Part shown: positions 19,233 to 30,454 of the stretch, piece after piece
Numbering within the stretch: the stretch's first letter is position 1
Layout of the letters: each line of letters opens with the position of its first letter
Source of the DNA: Bacillota bacterium
Lineage (GTDB): Bacteria > Bacillota > Ch66 > Ch109
Reading direction: 5' to 3'
Assembly (NCBI GenBank): GCA_050952625.1
Contig: JBMNLH010000001.1
Coordinates: 704,001 to 768,000, forward strand
DNA: 64,000 nucleotides
Notes under the pieces: model-generated
Told to the model about the DNA's origin: nothing
Database searches by the model: none
What the model saw: only the letters and a program-made list of their open reading frames with translations
Made by a program: the position numbers and the translations under genes

Positions 19233-20441
19233 GTGCTACAGGGAAAAGTAATTGTTGTCGGAGTCTGCGGAGGTATCGCTGCTTATAAGATTGCGGATGT
19301 GGTTAGTCGATTAAAAAAATTACAAGCTGAAGTCCATGTGATCATGACTCAATCTGCGACTGAGTTTATAACTCCTTTAACCCTGGGCACCTTATCTCAA
19401 AACGCTGTGGCTGTGGATATGTTTTGGCAGACAGGTGACCCGCATATTCACCATATTGAGTTAGCGCAGCGAGCTGATTTGATACTGATTGCCCCGGCTA
19501 CAGCGAATATAGTAGGCAAAATCGCCAATGGTATCGCAGATAATCTGCTTTCGACAACCGTGATGGCTGCTACTGTGCCCTTAATGCTCGTTCCCTCGAT
19601 GAACGTGCATATGTATGAAAATCCGATATTCCAAGAAAACTTAAGGAAACTGCGCGGTCATGGTTATCGAATAATTGAACCGGCCTCCGGGCATTTAGCT
19701 TGTGGTGACACCGGCAAGGGAAGACTGCCAGAGGTCGAAGTGATTGTCCAGGAGGTAGTGGACTTTTTAACTCGTAAACCAGATCTTACTGGTCGTCGAA
19801 TCATCGTGACCGCCGGGGGTACCCGGGAAGCCTTGGATCCGGTTAGATTTATCTCAAATCGGAGTACTGGCAAAATGGGTTATGCGGTCGCTGAGGCAGC
19901 GCGAAATAGAGGGGCCGAAGTAGTCTTGATTTCAGCACCGACCTTTTTACCACTACCGGCCGGGGTGCAGGTAATTTCGGTAACCAGTGCTCGGGAGATG
20001 CACGCGGCAGTAATGGAACATTTTCCTGACTGTGATGCCGTCATTAAGACCGCGGCTGTGGCCGATTATCGGCCTCGGGTACCGGCGGAGCAAAAGATTA
20101 AAAAAAGTGACGGTCCACTGGTTATAGAATTAGAGAGAAACCCGGATATCCTGTACGAGCTTGGCCAGCGAAAAAACCGACAGGTACTGGTTGGTTTTGC
20201 GGCCGAAACCCAGGATCTGACCGAGTATGCCCGGGAAAAAATTGAGAAGAAAAACCTGGATTTTATCGTGGCTAATGACGTAACCCGGGAAGGGGCCGGT
20301 TTTGGGACCGATACCAACATTGTTTCGCTTATCTTCCCAGATGGCCGTGTGTTACCATTGCCGCAGATGTCTAAGGCGGAAATAGCTGACCGCATTTTAG
20401 ATGAGGTCATAGCCTTGCCAGCCTGGCAACGGGAGATTTAA
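19233..20441 (+). CDS. coaBC: phosphopantothenoylcysteine decarboxylase/ligase
   Basis: GGIAAYK, PSMN, LACGDTGKGR, SNRSTGKMG. Confidence 0.95.
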   Translation: MLQGKVIVVGVCGGIAAYKIADVVSRLKKLQAEVHVIMTQSATEFITPLTLGTLSQNAVAVDMFWQTGDPHIHHIELAQRADLILIAPATANIVGKIANGIADNLLSTTVMAATVPLMLVPSMNVHMYENPIFQENLRKLRGHGYRIIEPASGHLACGDTGKGRLPEVEVIVQEVVDFLTRKPDLTGRRIIVTAGGTREALDPVRFISNRSTGKMGYAVAEAARNRGAEVVLISAPTFLPLPAGVQVISVTSAREMHAAVMEHFPDCDAVIKTAAVADYRPRVPAEQKIKKSDGPLVIELERNPDILYELGQRKNRQVLVGFAAETQDLTEYAREKIEKKNLDFIVANDVTREGAGFGTDTNIVSLIFPDGRVLPLPQMSKAEIADRILDEVIALPAWQREI

Positions 20442-20639
20442 ACGCAGGTAAACGCTAGCTTTGGTCATTGCTATGAATACAGCAGGTCTTCATTTACTGT
20501 GGTTTGGTCAACTAACCACCCATGCCCGGAGGGCACAATCACCGATGAAAATAGCTAGTATGTTTGTCATTCTCTATTTACTCAAATGACAGCCGAAGTT
20601 AACGCGAATCGGTAGGCATAGAGGTCGATTAAGGAGGAA

Positions 20640-21836
20640 TTGCTGGTGAGTCGAAGACTATTAACTTCTGAATCAGTAACCGAAGGACACCCGGATAAAA
20701 TTGCGGATCAGATTTCTGATGCGGTCCTGGATGCACTCTTGGAACAAGATCCCCTGGCTCGAGTAGCTTGTGAGACTCTAGTAACCACCGGCTTAGTGCT
20801 GGTGGCCGGTGAGATAACCACTGATTGTTATGTAGATATCCCGAAGCTGGTGCGGGAGACGATCCGGGAAATAGGGTACACCCGGGCGAAATTCGGATTT
20901 GACTGTGATACCTGTGCAGTTATCACTTCGATTGATGAACAATCTCCAGATATTGCTCTGGGAGTAAATCAGGCCCTAGAGGCCAAATCCGGTGAAATGA
21001 CTGATCAACACCTGGAAATGATTGGAGCGGGCGATCAGGGAATGATGTTTGGTTATGCCACCAACGAGACCCCTGAATACCTGCCGATGCCGATTGCTTT
21101 GGCTCATAAGCTATCACGTCGTTTAGCTACTGTTAGAAAGAATGGTGAAGTGCCGTATTTGCGACCAGATGGTAAGACCCAGGTCACGGTTGAGTATGAT
21201 GGGGATAAGCCGATAAGAGTCGATACAGTTGTAATCTCGGCACAGCACAGCCCAGAGGAAGATCTTGCCACCATTCGGGAGGATTTGATTGCTAAAGTAA
21301 TCAGACCAATTATTCCACCGCACCTGCGGGACGGACAGACCCGGTATCTCATCAACCCAACTGGACGATTTGTCGTGGGTGGTCCGCAAGGTGACTGTGG
21401 ATTAACCGGTCGGAAGATAATTGTCGATACCTATGGTGGTATCGGCCGCCATGGAGGAGGAGCCTTTTCTGGCAAAGATCCGACCAAAGTTGACCGCTCA
21501 GCTGCTTATGCCATTCGTCACGTGGCTAAGAATATTGTGGCCGCGGGTTTGGCCGATCGGTGTGAAGTCCAGGTCGCGTACGCCATCGGGGTGGCTCATC
21601 CGGTTTCGATTATGGTAGACACATTTGGTACGGCTAAAATCCCCGAGGAACGTTTAGTCGAGTTAATCTTTAAGCACTTTGACCTACGGCCGGCGGCAAT
21701 TATTCAACGACTTGATCTGCGTCGACCCATATATCGTAAAGTAGCCGCCTACGGTCATTTTGGCCGGACTGATCTTGACCTTCCGTGGGAAAGGCTGGAT
21801 ATGGCCGAGGTTTTGAGGCAGGATGCCGGATTATAG
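20640..21836 (+). CDS. metK: S-adenosylmethionine synthetase
   Basis: [25 protein letters not shown]. Confidence 0.97.
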   Translation: MLVSRRLLTSESVTEGHPDKIADQISDAVLDALLEQDPLARVACETLVTTGLVLVAGEITTDCYVDIPKLVRETIREIGYTRAKFGFDCDTCAVITSIDEQSPDIALGVNQALEAKSGEMTDQHLEMIGAGDQGMMFGYATNETPEYLPMPIALAHKLSRRLATVRKNGEVPYLRPDGKTQVTVEYDGDKPIRVDTVVISAQHSPEEDLATIREDLIAKVIRPIIPPHLRDGQTRYLINPTGRFVVGGPQGDCGLTGRKIIVDTYGGIGRHGGGAFSGKDPTKVDRSAAYAIRHVAKNIVAAGLADRCEVQVAYAIGVAHPVSIMVDTFGTAKIPEERLVELIFKHFDLRPAAIIQRLDLRRPIYRKVAAYGHFGRTDLDLPWERLDMAEVLRQDAGL

Positions 21837-21853
21837 GGTAATAGCAGACATAT

Positions 21854-21975
21854 GTCATCCTGAGCTTAGCGAAGAATCTTGCTCCTAGCATAGGAGGGAT
21901 TCTTCGCTTTACTCAGAATTATCGTGCGTTACCGCGCCACAATAAACGAATAAAGGTTATATTCATAGCAACGAC
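21854..21975 (-). repeat. dispersed repeat family A, longest copy with REP-like palindrome
   Basis: CTGAG..AGCGAAGAATC / GATTCTTCGCT..CTCAG hairpin followed by shared tail. Confidence 0.85.
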
Positions 21976-22158
21976 ACGATAACCGCGCCCGCTACTCTCC
22001 CTCACAACCTCACACACAACTAGCCTATGCCCTGCCCAGCGTTTAACCCCTCACACGTTAAACCTTGACGCCTCATACCTCCCTCACTCCTCACCCCTTG
22101 CCGGATAATGGTTTTTACGGCCAGTGTCTGCTATAATATTTATAAGGGGGGATTAAAT

Positions 22159-24684
22159 GTGGTTCGGAGGTTTGCTCAGGTTGTTCTGACACGGGAACAC
22201 GAACGTCTGAACCGCGTCTTTAGTTACGCCGTTCCAGATTCTTTAGTCCCTAAACCAGAGGTGGGGTCTCGAGTCTGGGTGCCTTTTGGCCGGGAATACC
22301 TGGAAGGGTATGTGGTTGACTTTACGGAAAAAGCGGAGGTTGCTGAGGTCAAGAAGATAGCGCAGGTCCTGGGAGAGGGGCCTGTTTTTAGTCCGGAACA
22401 GATAGAATTAGCCCGGTGGATGGCAGATTATTATATGTGTCCGTTGATTAGGGCAATCAAGGCAATGCTTCCGCCAACTCCGCCGTCCCGAGGGAAACCG
22501 ACAGTTAGTTTAAGTCCTCTGGTTGAGGAAGAATTACTTGAGGTTATGGCGTATTGGGAAAAGATGCATCCACCAGCAGCTCAGCTCCTCCATTACTTGG
22601 CGGATCGGGGAGAAACGCCAGTTAGTCAGTTGTCCCGTCTGGGGATTGCCGATTGGAAAGAAATCTTAAGTCAGTTGGAGAGTCAAGGTTTGGTTTTGCG
22701 GGAAACTCGGCCAATGACCAGGAGCAACACCACTAAGGAACAGATGGTGCAGCTAGCGGTGAGTGCCCAGGAGGCATTGGCTGTTCTGGAGAAAATGCGG
22801 CATCGGGCTCCCCGCCAGGCTAAGCTGCTGGGAATACTGGTCAAGGAAGGTTCCCTGCCGCTGGCCAATCTAATCAATAAGGCCGAGGTTCGGCGGTATA
22901 CTATCCGAGCCCTGCAGGAAAAGGGGTTAATTCGCATTGAGGAAACGAGTGGCGGAGGAGCCAATAGCCAGGTTGCCCTGGTGGATACTGAGCCGGAACA
23001 GGATGACTCACCGGAACAGGAACTAGTCTGGCAGCCAAACCCGGAACAGGCTCTGGCACTGGAAAAAATTTGTAAGGCTCTATTGCAGTCAGACGCCGGT
23101 ATTCCGGCTTCGCCTATCGTCTTACACGGAGTGACCGGCAGCGGTAAGACTGAGGTTTATTTACAAGCGATTCAGTATGTTTTAGCCCAGGGCCGTAAAG
23201 CAATCGTTCTGGTGCCGGAGATATCCCTGACGCCGCAGACCGCGCAACGTTTTCGTCGACGTTTTGGTACTCGGGTAGCGGTCATGCACAGCCGCTTAAC
23301 CCCGGCAGAACGACAGCGAGAGTGGAAGCGGCTTAAAGAAGGAAAAGTAGACATCGTTGCAGGGGCCAGATCGGCTCTTTTTGCCCCGCTAGAAAGACTG
23401 GGCCTAATCGTTCTGGATGAAGAACACGAGAATTCCTATAAGCAGGACCGGGCCCCCCGCTACCACACTCGGGAGGTGGCAATTAAACGGGCGGAGTTAA
23501 CCGGAGCAGTGGTCCTGCTCGGTTCGGCAACCCCGACGCTAGAGACCTATTGGCAGGTGGAACAGGGGAATTTTCAACTCTTAAAGTTAACTGAACGGGT
23601 CAGATCCCGGCCTTTGCCGGAGATTGAGATCGTTGACTTACGTCAGGAGTTAAAAGAGGGCAACCGCAGCATCTTTAGTCAGGCCCTGCAGGCTGAACTG
23701 GCGGAGCGACTCCATAGAAGTGAGCAAAGTATTCTCTTTTTAAACCGCCGAGGATTTTCCACTTTTGTAAATTGTCGTCAGTGCGGTCTGGTTTTACGTT
23801 GCCCCAACTGTGAGGTGTCTCTAACCTATCACCAGGTAGACCATCGCCTGCGCTGCCATTATTGCGATTACCAGCGAGCGATACCGGGTCGATGTCCCGG
23901 ATGTGGCAGCAACTACTTGCGTTATTTTGGGATTGGTACTCAACGAGTCGAAGAGGAGATCCGTCACCTTTTCCCGCAAGCCCGAGTTTTGCGGGTGGAC
24001 GTGGATACGGCAGCCGGACGCAGTTTTTATACGGAATTTGATCAAACATTCCGCCGGGGCGAAGTTGACATTTTGGTGGGAACCCAGTTGATCGCTAAGG
24101 GATTTGATTTTCCGGGAGTCACTTTAGTCGGGGTTGTGACAGCGGATACGGGTCTTAACCTGCCAGATTTTCGAGCATCGGAGCGGACCTTTCAATTGTT
24201 AACTCAAGTTGCTGGTCGGGCCGGTCGGGGGGATCGGCCAGGCAAAGTGATTATTCAAACCTATACACCGGAGCATTATAGTATTTTGGCGGCAGAGCAT
24301 CATGATTTTGATGTCTTCTACCGGGTGGAAAGCCAATATCGTTCGCAGTGGCGGTATCCTCCCTTTCAGGCACTAATTCGGTTGCTGGTTAGCGGTTTGG
24401 TCGAAAATAGAGTCCGGCTAACAGCAGAGATGCTGGGAAGGTATCTGGACCGGTTGATTCAACAAGGGCGTAAACAAAGTCAGTCTGCTCTAGAATTATT
24501 AGGGCCTAGCCCGGCCCCGATGACCCGTATCCGTGGTCAATATCGGTGGCAGATGGTGCTTAGGGGAGAAGAAAAGTCTATTTTGCGGAAAATCGTCCGA
24601 CAAGGAATAGCAGAATTCAGACAGCAAAACAAGAACGGCGATGTCAATATAACGGTAGACGTTGACCCGTTAAGTATGCTATAG
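22159..24684 (+). CDS. priA: primosomal protein N'
   Basis: GVTGSGKT, DEEH, four CxxC pairs, QVAGRAGR; start set at GTG 22159 behind SD. Confidence 0.95.
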   Translation: MVRRFAQVVLTREHERLNRVFSYAVPDSLVPKPEVGSRVWVPFGREYLEGYVVDFTEKAEVAEVKKIAQVLGEGPVFSPEQIELARWMADYYMCPLIRAIKAMLPPTPPSRGKPTVSLSPLVEEELLEVMAYWEKMHPPAAQLLHYLADRGETPVSQLSRLGIADWKEILSQLESQGLVLRETRPMTRSNTTKEQMVQLAVSAQEALAVLEKMRHRAPRQAKLLGILVKEGSLPLANLINKAEVRRYTIRALQEKGLIRIEETSGGGANSQVALVDTEPEQDDSPEQELVWQPNPEQALALEKICKALLQSDAGIPASPIVLHGVTGSGKTEVYLQAIQYVLAQGRKAIVLVPEISLTPQTAQRFRRRFGTRVAVMHSRLTPAERQREWKRLKEGKVDIVAGARSALFAPLERLGLIVLDEEHENSYKQDRAPRYHTREVAIKRAELTGAVVLLGSATPTLETYWQVEQGNFQLLKLTERVRSRPLPEIEIVDLRQELKEGNRSIFSQALQAELAERLHRSEQSILFLNRRGFSTFVNCRQCGLVLRCPNCEVSLTYHQVDHRLRCHYCDYQRAIPGRCPGCGSNYLRYFGIGTQRVEEEIRHLFPQARVLRVDVDTAAGRSFYTEFDQTFRRGEVDILVGTQLIAKGFDFPGVTLVGVVTADTGLNLPDFRASERTFQLLTQVAGRAGRGDRPGKVIIQTYTPEHYSILAAEHHDFDVFYRVESQYRSQWRYPPFQALIRLLVSGLVENRVRLTAEMLGRYLDRLIQQGRKQSQSALELLGPSPAPMTRIRGQYRWQMVLRGEEKSILRKIVRQGIAEFRQQNKNGDVNITVDVDPLSML

Positions 24685-24741
24685 TTCCGGTAGAAAACAA
24701 CTTAATCAGACGGCTACTTGTTGTCGGAGAGGGGTCAGTAA

Positions 24742-25203
24742 ATGGCTGTTTATGAAATAGTGAAAATTGGTGACCCGGTCCTGCGGGAAAGGGCTAAACC
24801 AGTTAAAAATATCACCCCAAATATTATTAAACTACTGAATAATATGGCTGATACGATGTATAATGCCAAGATTGGCGTTGGCCTTGCGGCACCTCAGATC
24901 GGCATCTCGAAAAGAGTGGTAGTAATAGATATTGGGGAGGGTCTTTTGGAATTGATCAACCCGGAAATCCTGGCCGGCGAAGGATCCTCTGTGGACTCAG
25001 AAGGATGTCTCAGTATTCCGGGAATGACCGGGAAAGTGAAACGCTGGGAAAAGGTTCGCGTTCAAGCTCTTGATCGGCAGGGGCATCGTTTTGAAATCGA
25101 GGGTAAGGGTTTTCTGGCTCGCGCCTTACAACATGAAATCGACCACCTTGAGGGAATACTTTTTATAGATCGAGCCGAAAAAATATATAAATCTCAGGAG
25201 TAG
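24742..25203 (+). CDS. def: peptide deformylase
   Basis: GVGLAAPQ, EGCLS, HEIDH. Confidence 0.96.
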   Translation: MAVYEIVKIGDPVLRERAKPVKNITPNIIKLLNNMADTMYNAKIGVGLAAPQIGISKRVVVIDIGEGLLELINPEILAGEGSSVDSEGCLSIPGMTGKVKRWEKVRVQALDRQGHRFEIEGKGFLARALQHEIDHLEGILFIDRAEKIYKSQE

Positions 25204-25205
25204 GT

Positions 25206-26168
25206 ATGCGAATTGTATTTATGGGTAGTGCTGACTTTGCTGTCACCAGCCTGGAGGCTTTGGCAGCGGCCGGTCATGAACTACTGACAGTGGTTACTCA
25301 ACCGGACCGACCACGGGGAAGGGGACAAAAACTAGCGGTTACTCCAGTAAAAGAACTAGCCTTGAAGCTAGGCCTTTCCATTTACCAACCAAATAGTGCC
25401 CGAGCCCCCGAATTTGCAGCTTGGTTGCGCCAGCAAGCTCCAGAAGTGGTAGTTGTGGTCGCCTACGGGCAAATATTACCGCCTGAGGTCCTGAGGATTC
25501 CCCCACAGGGGTGCATTAATGTCCACGCCTCATTGTTGCCGGCCTATCGGGGTGCCGCGCCAATTCACTGGGCGATTATGAGCGGCGAAAAATTGACCGG
25601 GGTCAGTACCATGTTTATGGATGCCGGGATGGATACTGGGGATGTTGTGTTGCAGCAGCCGGTACCGATCCCTGATGAAGCAACGACCGGTGATCTGTAC
25701 CCCCGGTTAGCCAAGGAGGGGGCCGAACTCCTATTGAAAACTTTGACTTTGTTGAGTCTGGGGAAGGTCATTCGGGTGCCTCAGGACAGTTCCCGCGCCA
25801 CCTATGCTCCGGTCCTGAAACGCGAACATGAGAAGATTGACTGGTCAAAGCCGGCCGAAGTATTACGCAACCAGATCCGGGGCTTAAATCCCTGGCCCGG
25901 AGCTTACACTGAATTTGACGGTAAGGTTCTCAAAGTATGGCGTTCCAGAAGGTGGCAATTAGGGGGGGATCCAGACTCCAATAAAGAGATAAGCAATACC
26001 AGACGACCGGGCGAGGTTATCAGGGTAGTAAAGGATGAAGGTCTACTAGTGCAGACTGGTGCCGGTTGCTTGTTGCTCACTGAGGTACAGCCGACCGGTA
26101 AAAAGCGGATGCCAGCTGATGCCTTTTGTCGAGGGTATCAGATTGGGACCGGGACCGTGTTTGGTTAA
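25206..26168 (+). CDS. fmt: methionyl-tRNA formyltransferase
   Basis: INVHASLLP.YRGAAPI. Confidence 0.96.
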   Translation: MRIVFMGSADFAVTSLEALAAAGHELLTVVTQPDRPRGRGQKLAVTPVKELALKLGLSIYQPNSARAPEFAAWLRQQAPEVVVVVAYGQILPPEVLRIPPQGCINVHASLLPAYRGAAPIHWAIMSGEKLTGVSTMFMDAGMDTGDVVLQQPVPIPDEATTGDLYPRLAKEGAELLLKTLTLLSLGKVIRVPQDSSRATYAPVLKREHEKIDWSKPAEVLRNQIRGLNPWPGAYTEFDGKVLKVWRSRRWQLGGDPDSNKEISNTRRPGEVIRVVKDEGLLVQTGAGCLLLTEVQPTGKKRMPADAFCRGYQIGTGTVFG

Positions 26169-26254
26169 ATTAGGTGTGAGGCATATAAATTGTTTATCTA
26201 AGATCTCAGATTAAAGAGCTATGACTTAAGCAAAGTATCTGGCAGGGGGGTTAA

Positions 26255-27112
26255 GTGGTGCCCACCAAAAAGCGTCTGTTTGTCGGGTTGATATCGGTCA
26301 GTATGCTAGTGGTGCTCGGCCTATTCGTCTTAGTCTTTTATTTGTTTGCTAATCGAGAAAACCTCTTCAATCAGGTGTTGTTGGTGATGATTGGAACCCT
26401 GCTGGCCGTCGTATTATCAGCGGTTGCCTTTGGGATCGGAGGAATTGTTTTAACCTTGTGGTCAGCCCGAACCATTCCCCCGCTGCAAGGATTAAGCCGG
26501 GTGGCGATTAACCTGATGTTTCCAGTGGCGATCGGGGTAGGCAAGTTGATTGGCATTAAACAGTCAGTAATTCAAGGTTCGTTTATTGAAGTTAATAATC
26601 AGATGGTTCTGGCTAAGGCTCTTAAGATACCCCCGGACAAGGTCCTGTTATTGACCCCTCATTGTTTGCAACGAATGGAATGTCCGCATAAGATTACGAT
26701 AAATGTCCAGAACTGTAAACGCTGTGGCCTGTGTTCAATCAGTGGTCTATTAGAGATTGCCGAACGGTATGGGGCAAAATTAGCCGTAGCCACCGGCGGC
26801 ACATTTGCCAGGCGGTTTGTTGAACAATATCGACCGCGAGCGATTGTGGCGATCGCTTGCGAACGCGATTTATCCAGTGGGATCATGGACACTAATCCCC
26901 TGCCGGTGTTGGGGGTGCTGAATAGACGGCCCCAGGGTCCTTGCATTAATACTGAAGTTGATTTGGCCAAGGTGGAAGAAGCGTTGATTTACTTTGTTGG
27001 TTATCCGGTACCAGCTTCAGACCCGGAAGCTGCAGCTATAACTGATCCTGATCAGTCAATTCGAGCTAGCTCTAACTGGGTAGCAGCACAATTTGGCCAT
27101 AATAATCCATAG
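26255..27112 (+). CDS. DUF116 membrane protein
   Basis: Two TM helices, PHCLQ, CKRCGLC, ACERDL. Confidence 0.85.
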   Translation: MVPTKKRLFVGLISVSMLVVLGLFVLVFYLFANRENLFNQVLLVMIGTLLAVVLSAVAFGIGGIVLTLWSARTIPPLQGLSRVAINLMFPVAIGVGKLIGIKQSVIQGSFIEVNNQMVLAKALKIPPDKVLLLTPHCLQRMECPHKITINVQNCKRCGLCSISGLLEIAERYGAKLAVATGGTFARRFVEQYRPRAIVAIACERDLSSGIMDTNPLPVLGVLNRRPQGPCINTEVDLAKVEEALIYFVGYPVPASDPEAAAITDPDQSIRASSNWVAAQFGHNNP

Positions 27113-27143
27113 GAAAGTTGAATTGGCGAAGGAGGAAGATAAA

Positions 27144-27839
27144 ATGTTTTTCCCGATCTTAGATTGGACCATGATTTTGCTTGTCCCAGCGATTCTTCTT
27201 ACTTTGTACGCTCAAATGAAAGTTAAATCAACTTTTAATAAATATTCAAGCATTGCGGCGCGCAGCGGGTTGACTGGGGCCCAAGTAGCGCGCGATCTGC
27301 TGCGCCGAAACGGAGTGCCGGTTAGCGTTGAGCGAACTCCCGGTGAATTAACGGACCATTACGATCCCCGTTCTCAGGTCTTGCGCCTTTCAGGTCCAGT
27401 ACATGATAGCCATTCACTGGCGGCCCTGGGAGTGGCAGCCCATGAGGCTGGTCACGCGATGCAACACGAAGACGGCTACTTTCCCCTGGGTTTTCGAAAC
27501 AGTCTCGTACCGGTGGCCAACTTTGGCTCAACCCTGTCTTTTCCCCTCCTGCTTATTGGCATTTTTATGGGTTCACCGATGTTGGCTCAGCTAGGAGTCT
27601 TTGCTTTTACTGCCGTTGTCCTGTTTCAAGTGGTTACTTTACCGGTAGAGTTTAACGCCAGCAACCGGGCTATTCGCTTGTTGGCTGAAGGTGGCTATAT
27701 CACTCAGGAAGAGGTTGGTCCGACCCGAGCAGTGCTTAATGCCGCTGCTTTGACCTATGTGGCGGCGGCCTTGATGGCTTTCCTTAATCTGGTTCGACTA
27801 CTAATCCTGACCGGTTTTCTAAGCGGAGGAGATGAGTAA
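27144..27839 (+). CDS. YugP-like membrane zinc metallopeptidase
   Basis: LTDHYDP, HEAGH, LPVEFNAS; start set at ATG 27144 behind GGAGG. Confidence 0.9.
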   Translation: MFFPILDWTMILLVPAILLTLYAQMKVKSTFNKYSSIAARSGLTGAQVARDLLRRNGVPVSVERTPGELTDHYDPRSQVLRLSGPVHDSHSLAALGVAAHEAGHAMQHEDGYFPLGFRNSLVPVANFGSTLSFPLLLIGIFMGSPMLAQLGVFAFTAVVLFQVVTLPVEFNASNRAIRLLAEGGYITQEEVGPTRAVLNAAALTYVAAALMAFLNLVRLLILTGFLSGGDE

Positions 27840-27845
27840 TAGTTA

Positions 27846-29267
27846 ATGCTCAATAAGAAGCAGTATCGCCGGGCTAACCCCGGTTCAGCTCGGGCCGGAG
27901 CTTTGCACGTTCTATATGCCGTTGAAGTTGAAGGGGCTTACGCCAATCTGGTCCTTGACCAGTTGTTGCGGGAAGTCCCTTTTGCCAAGTCGGACCGCTC
28001 TTTCCTGACCGAGCTGGTCTATGGGACGTTACGTTGGCGTGGGACCGTAGACTGGATACTAAATCAAGTAGTCCGGTCCGGCTTGGATCGATTAACCCCC
28101 TGGATTCGCAATATTTTGCGCCTAGGGGTTTATCAGTTGCTCTTCATGAACAAGATTCCCCCTTCAGCCGTGTGCAACGAAGGGACAAATCTAGCCAAAC
28201 GTTACGGACACCAAGGGGTGGCTCGTTTAGTTAATGGGGTATTGCGCAGCATCGCTCGTCGTGGTCAAGACTGGGAATACCCAGATCCGCAGGAAAAACC
28301 GGTCGAGCATATTGCTGCGCGTTATTCTCACCCAGAGTGGATGGTGGAACGATGGCTAAAACGTTACGGCCAAGAAGAAACGATTGCCCTATGCTTAGCC
28401 AACAACCAGCCGGCCGCTAATTCGATCAGAACTAATACGCTACGCCTTAGTGTTGAGGAACTGATTCAACGTTTACAAACAGAAGGGGTGGAAGTAGAGG
28501 CAAGCCGGCTGATCCCGGAAGGTTTAAGATTAAAGCGGTTATCCGCTTATACCAGCCTAGCGGCCTTTGGCCAGGGATTATTTCAGGTGCAGGATGAGAG
28601 TTCCATGCTCGCCGGCTACGGCTTAGGGCCGTTGCCCGGTACCCGGGTCATTGACGCCTGCGCCGCACCCGGCGGTAAAACAACTCACCTGGCTCAGTTG
28701 ATGAAAAATCAAGGAGAAATATTAGCATTTGATCTGCATGGCCACAAGATCGGTTTGGTTCAGGAGAACTGTCGCCGGTTAGGGGTAAATATCGTTCGAA
28801 CTTCAGTAATGGATGCCCGAGAACTGCCAGGCCTCTGGTCGGGCTGGGCAGATTTCGTTTTGGTCGATGCCCCCTGCTCCGGTCTCGGCGTTTTACGGCG
28901 GCGGCCTGATGCCCGGTGGCACAAAAACCCCGGACAGATCCGCGAGTTGGCCAGTCTGCAGAGCCAAATTTTGACCGCAGCCAGTCAGTGTCTTCGTCCT
29001 GGCGGAACCTTACTTTATAGCACCTGTACTCTAGAACCGGAAGAAAATGAGGGAGTAGTCCGGCACTTCCTGGCCGCAGGCACTGACAATTTAAGCAGTC
29101 TGAATAAACCAGGAAAATATTGTCTGGAGGACCTGAGTCAGTTCTTACCCTTCATTCCCTGGCGGGGGGAAGATCGTAACCAGATAGAAAAGGGATATCT
29201 AACCCTATTACCCCATATCCATGGGACCGATGGCTTTTTTCTGGCCAGATTGCGGCGCGGGAAATAA
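27846..29267 (+). CDS. rsmB: 16S rRNA m5C967 methyltransferase
   Basis: NusB-like N-terminus, DACAAPGGKT, DAPCSG, YSTCT. Confidence 0.95.
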   Translation: MLNKKQYRRANPGSARAGALHVLYAVEVEGAYANLVLDQLLREVPFAKSDRSFLTELVYGTLRWRGTVDWILNQVVRSGLDRLTPWIRNILRLGVYQLLFMNKIPPSAVCNEGTNLAKRYGHQGVARLVNGVLRSIARRGQDWEYPDPQEKPVEHIAARYSHPEWMVERWLKRYGQEETIALCLANNQPAANSIRTNTLRLSVEELIQRLQTEGVEVEASRLIPEGLRLKRLSAYTSLAAFGQGLFQVQDESSMLAGYGLGPLPGTRVIDACAAPGGKTTHLAQLMKNQGEILAFDLHGHKIGLVQENCRRLGVNIVRTSVMDARELPGLWSGWADFVLVDAPCSGLGVLRRRPDARWHKNPGQIRELASLQSQILTAASQCLRPGGTLLYSTCTLEPEENEGVVRHFLAAGTDNLSSLNKPGKYCLEDLSQFLPFIPWRGEDRNQIEKGYLTLLPHIHGTDGFFLARLRRGK

Positions 29268-29340
29268 TATAAAGCAGGAATAATTGACTTTTTCGCGAAT
29301 ATTCCATGTTGGGAAGGAAATATGGTGAAAAAACGACTTT

Positions 29341-30399
29341 GTGGTCAAAACCTTAATAGAAATGGAGGACTGGCTTGCCCAATTAGGTGAGCCGCGATAC
29401 CGGGCACACCAGATTTATCAATGGGTTTATCAACGAGGGGCCAATGATTTTGCCCAGATGACCGATTTGCCCAAGCGCCTGCGAGCTCTGCTTCAGGAAA
29501 CCGCTCAGGTAGGACTGCCTGCGGTCATAAAACAGCAGCTTGATCCTGAAGATTTAACCGTTAAGCTGTTGCTAGAATTAAAAGATAAGCAGAGGGTTGA
29601 AGCGGTCCTCATGCCATACAGCAACCTCGATTTCAGTCGGGATCGCTTGACTGGCTGCATCTCGTCCCAAGTGGGGTGCCCGATTGGTTGCCCTTTTTGT
29701 GCCACGGGACAAGGAGGATTTATTCGTAATCTAGAAGCCGGAGAGATTGTGGGGCAGGTTATTGCCTTGCGGCAGGAAGCCCTAAAATCAGAGGATACAT
29801 TGATTGAGGGCCTAAATATTGTTTTTATGGGCATGGGCGAGCCATTGCTGAATTATGCTGAAGTGTTGAAAAGCATTTACTTGTTGCATGATCCCAAGGG
29901 CCTGAATATTAGCCTGCGTCGAATTACCCTTTCGACTGCCGGCGTGGTGCCGCGGATCTATCAGTTAGCCCGGGAAGAGTTACCGATTAATCTCGCAGTA
30001 TCCCTACACGCCCCGAATAATGATTTGCGCAATCAATTGGTGCCCCTTAACCGTCGGTACCCCTTGGAAGAATTGATCCCGGCTTGCCGCAAGTATTTTG
30101 AGTCAAGCAAGCGACGGGTGACTTTTGAATATATTTTACTTAATCAAGTAAATGATACCGAAGACCTGGCCGAAGAATTAGCCCTCAGACTAAAGGGCCT
30201 GCCAGCTCTAGTCAACTTGATCCCGGCTAATCCGACCAACGGGGCGGACCAGCGTCCTTTTCCAGAAAGAATCAGGTCATTTATCCGGATTCTAAAAACC
30301 CGGGGATTAGAGGTTACGCTTCGAGAAGGACGCGGCGGGAATATCGCTGCCGCCTGTGGTCAGCTCAGGGCGAAAGATACTTCGCTTCGTTCAGAATGA
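29341..30399 (+). CDS. rlmN: 23S rRNA m2A2503 radical SAM methyltransferase (5' end possibly frameshifted)
   Basis: CPIGCPFC, MGMGEP, AACGQL. Confidence 0.93.
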   Translation: MVKTLIEMEDWLAQLGEPRYRAHQIYQWVYQRGANDFAQMTDLPKRLRALLQETAQVGLPAVIKQQLDPEDLTVKLLLELKDKQRVEAVLMPYSNLDFSRDRLTGCISSQVGCPIGCPFCATGQGGFIRNLEAGEIVGQVIALRQEALKSEDTLIEGLNIVFMGMGEPLLNYAEVLKSIYLLHDPKGLNISLRRITLSTAGVVPRIYQLAREELPINLAVSLHAPNNDLRNQLVPLNRRYPLEELIPACRKYFESSKRRVTFEYILLNQVNDTEDLAEELALRLKGLPALVNLIPANPTNGADQRPFPERIRSFIRILKTRGLEVTLREGRGGNIAAACGQLRAKDTSLRSE

Positions 30400-30454
30400 T
30401 CATGCGTTAACCGCACCACGATAAACGAATAATGGTTATATTCAGAGCAATGAC
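30375..30454 (-). repeat. dispersed repeat family A copy overlapping rlmN 3' end
   Basis: Matches 13292-13370 in reverse complement. Confidence 0.85.

Noticed and set aside
20505-20540. GTCAACTAACC resembling an IscB/HEARO 5' end
   Set aside because: The rest of the motif and any iscB ORF are absent.
20442-20639. SAM riboswitch upstream of metK
   Set aside because: No SAM-I core (ATC.AGAG...GCAACC...GTGC) or SMK signature; only short hairpins and a family A fragment.
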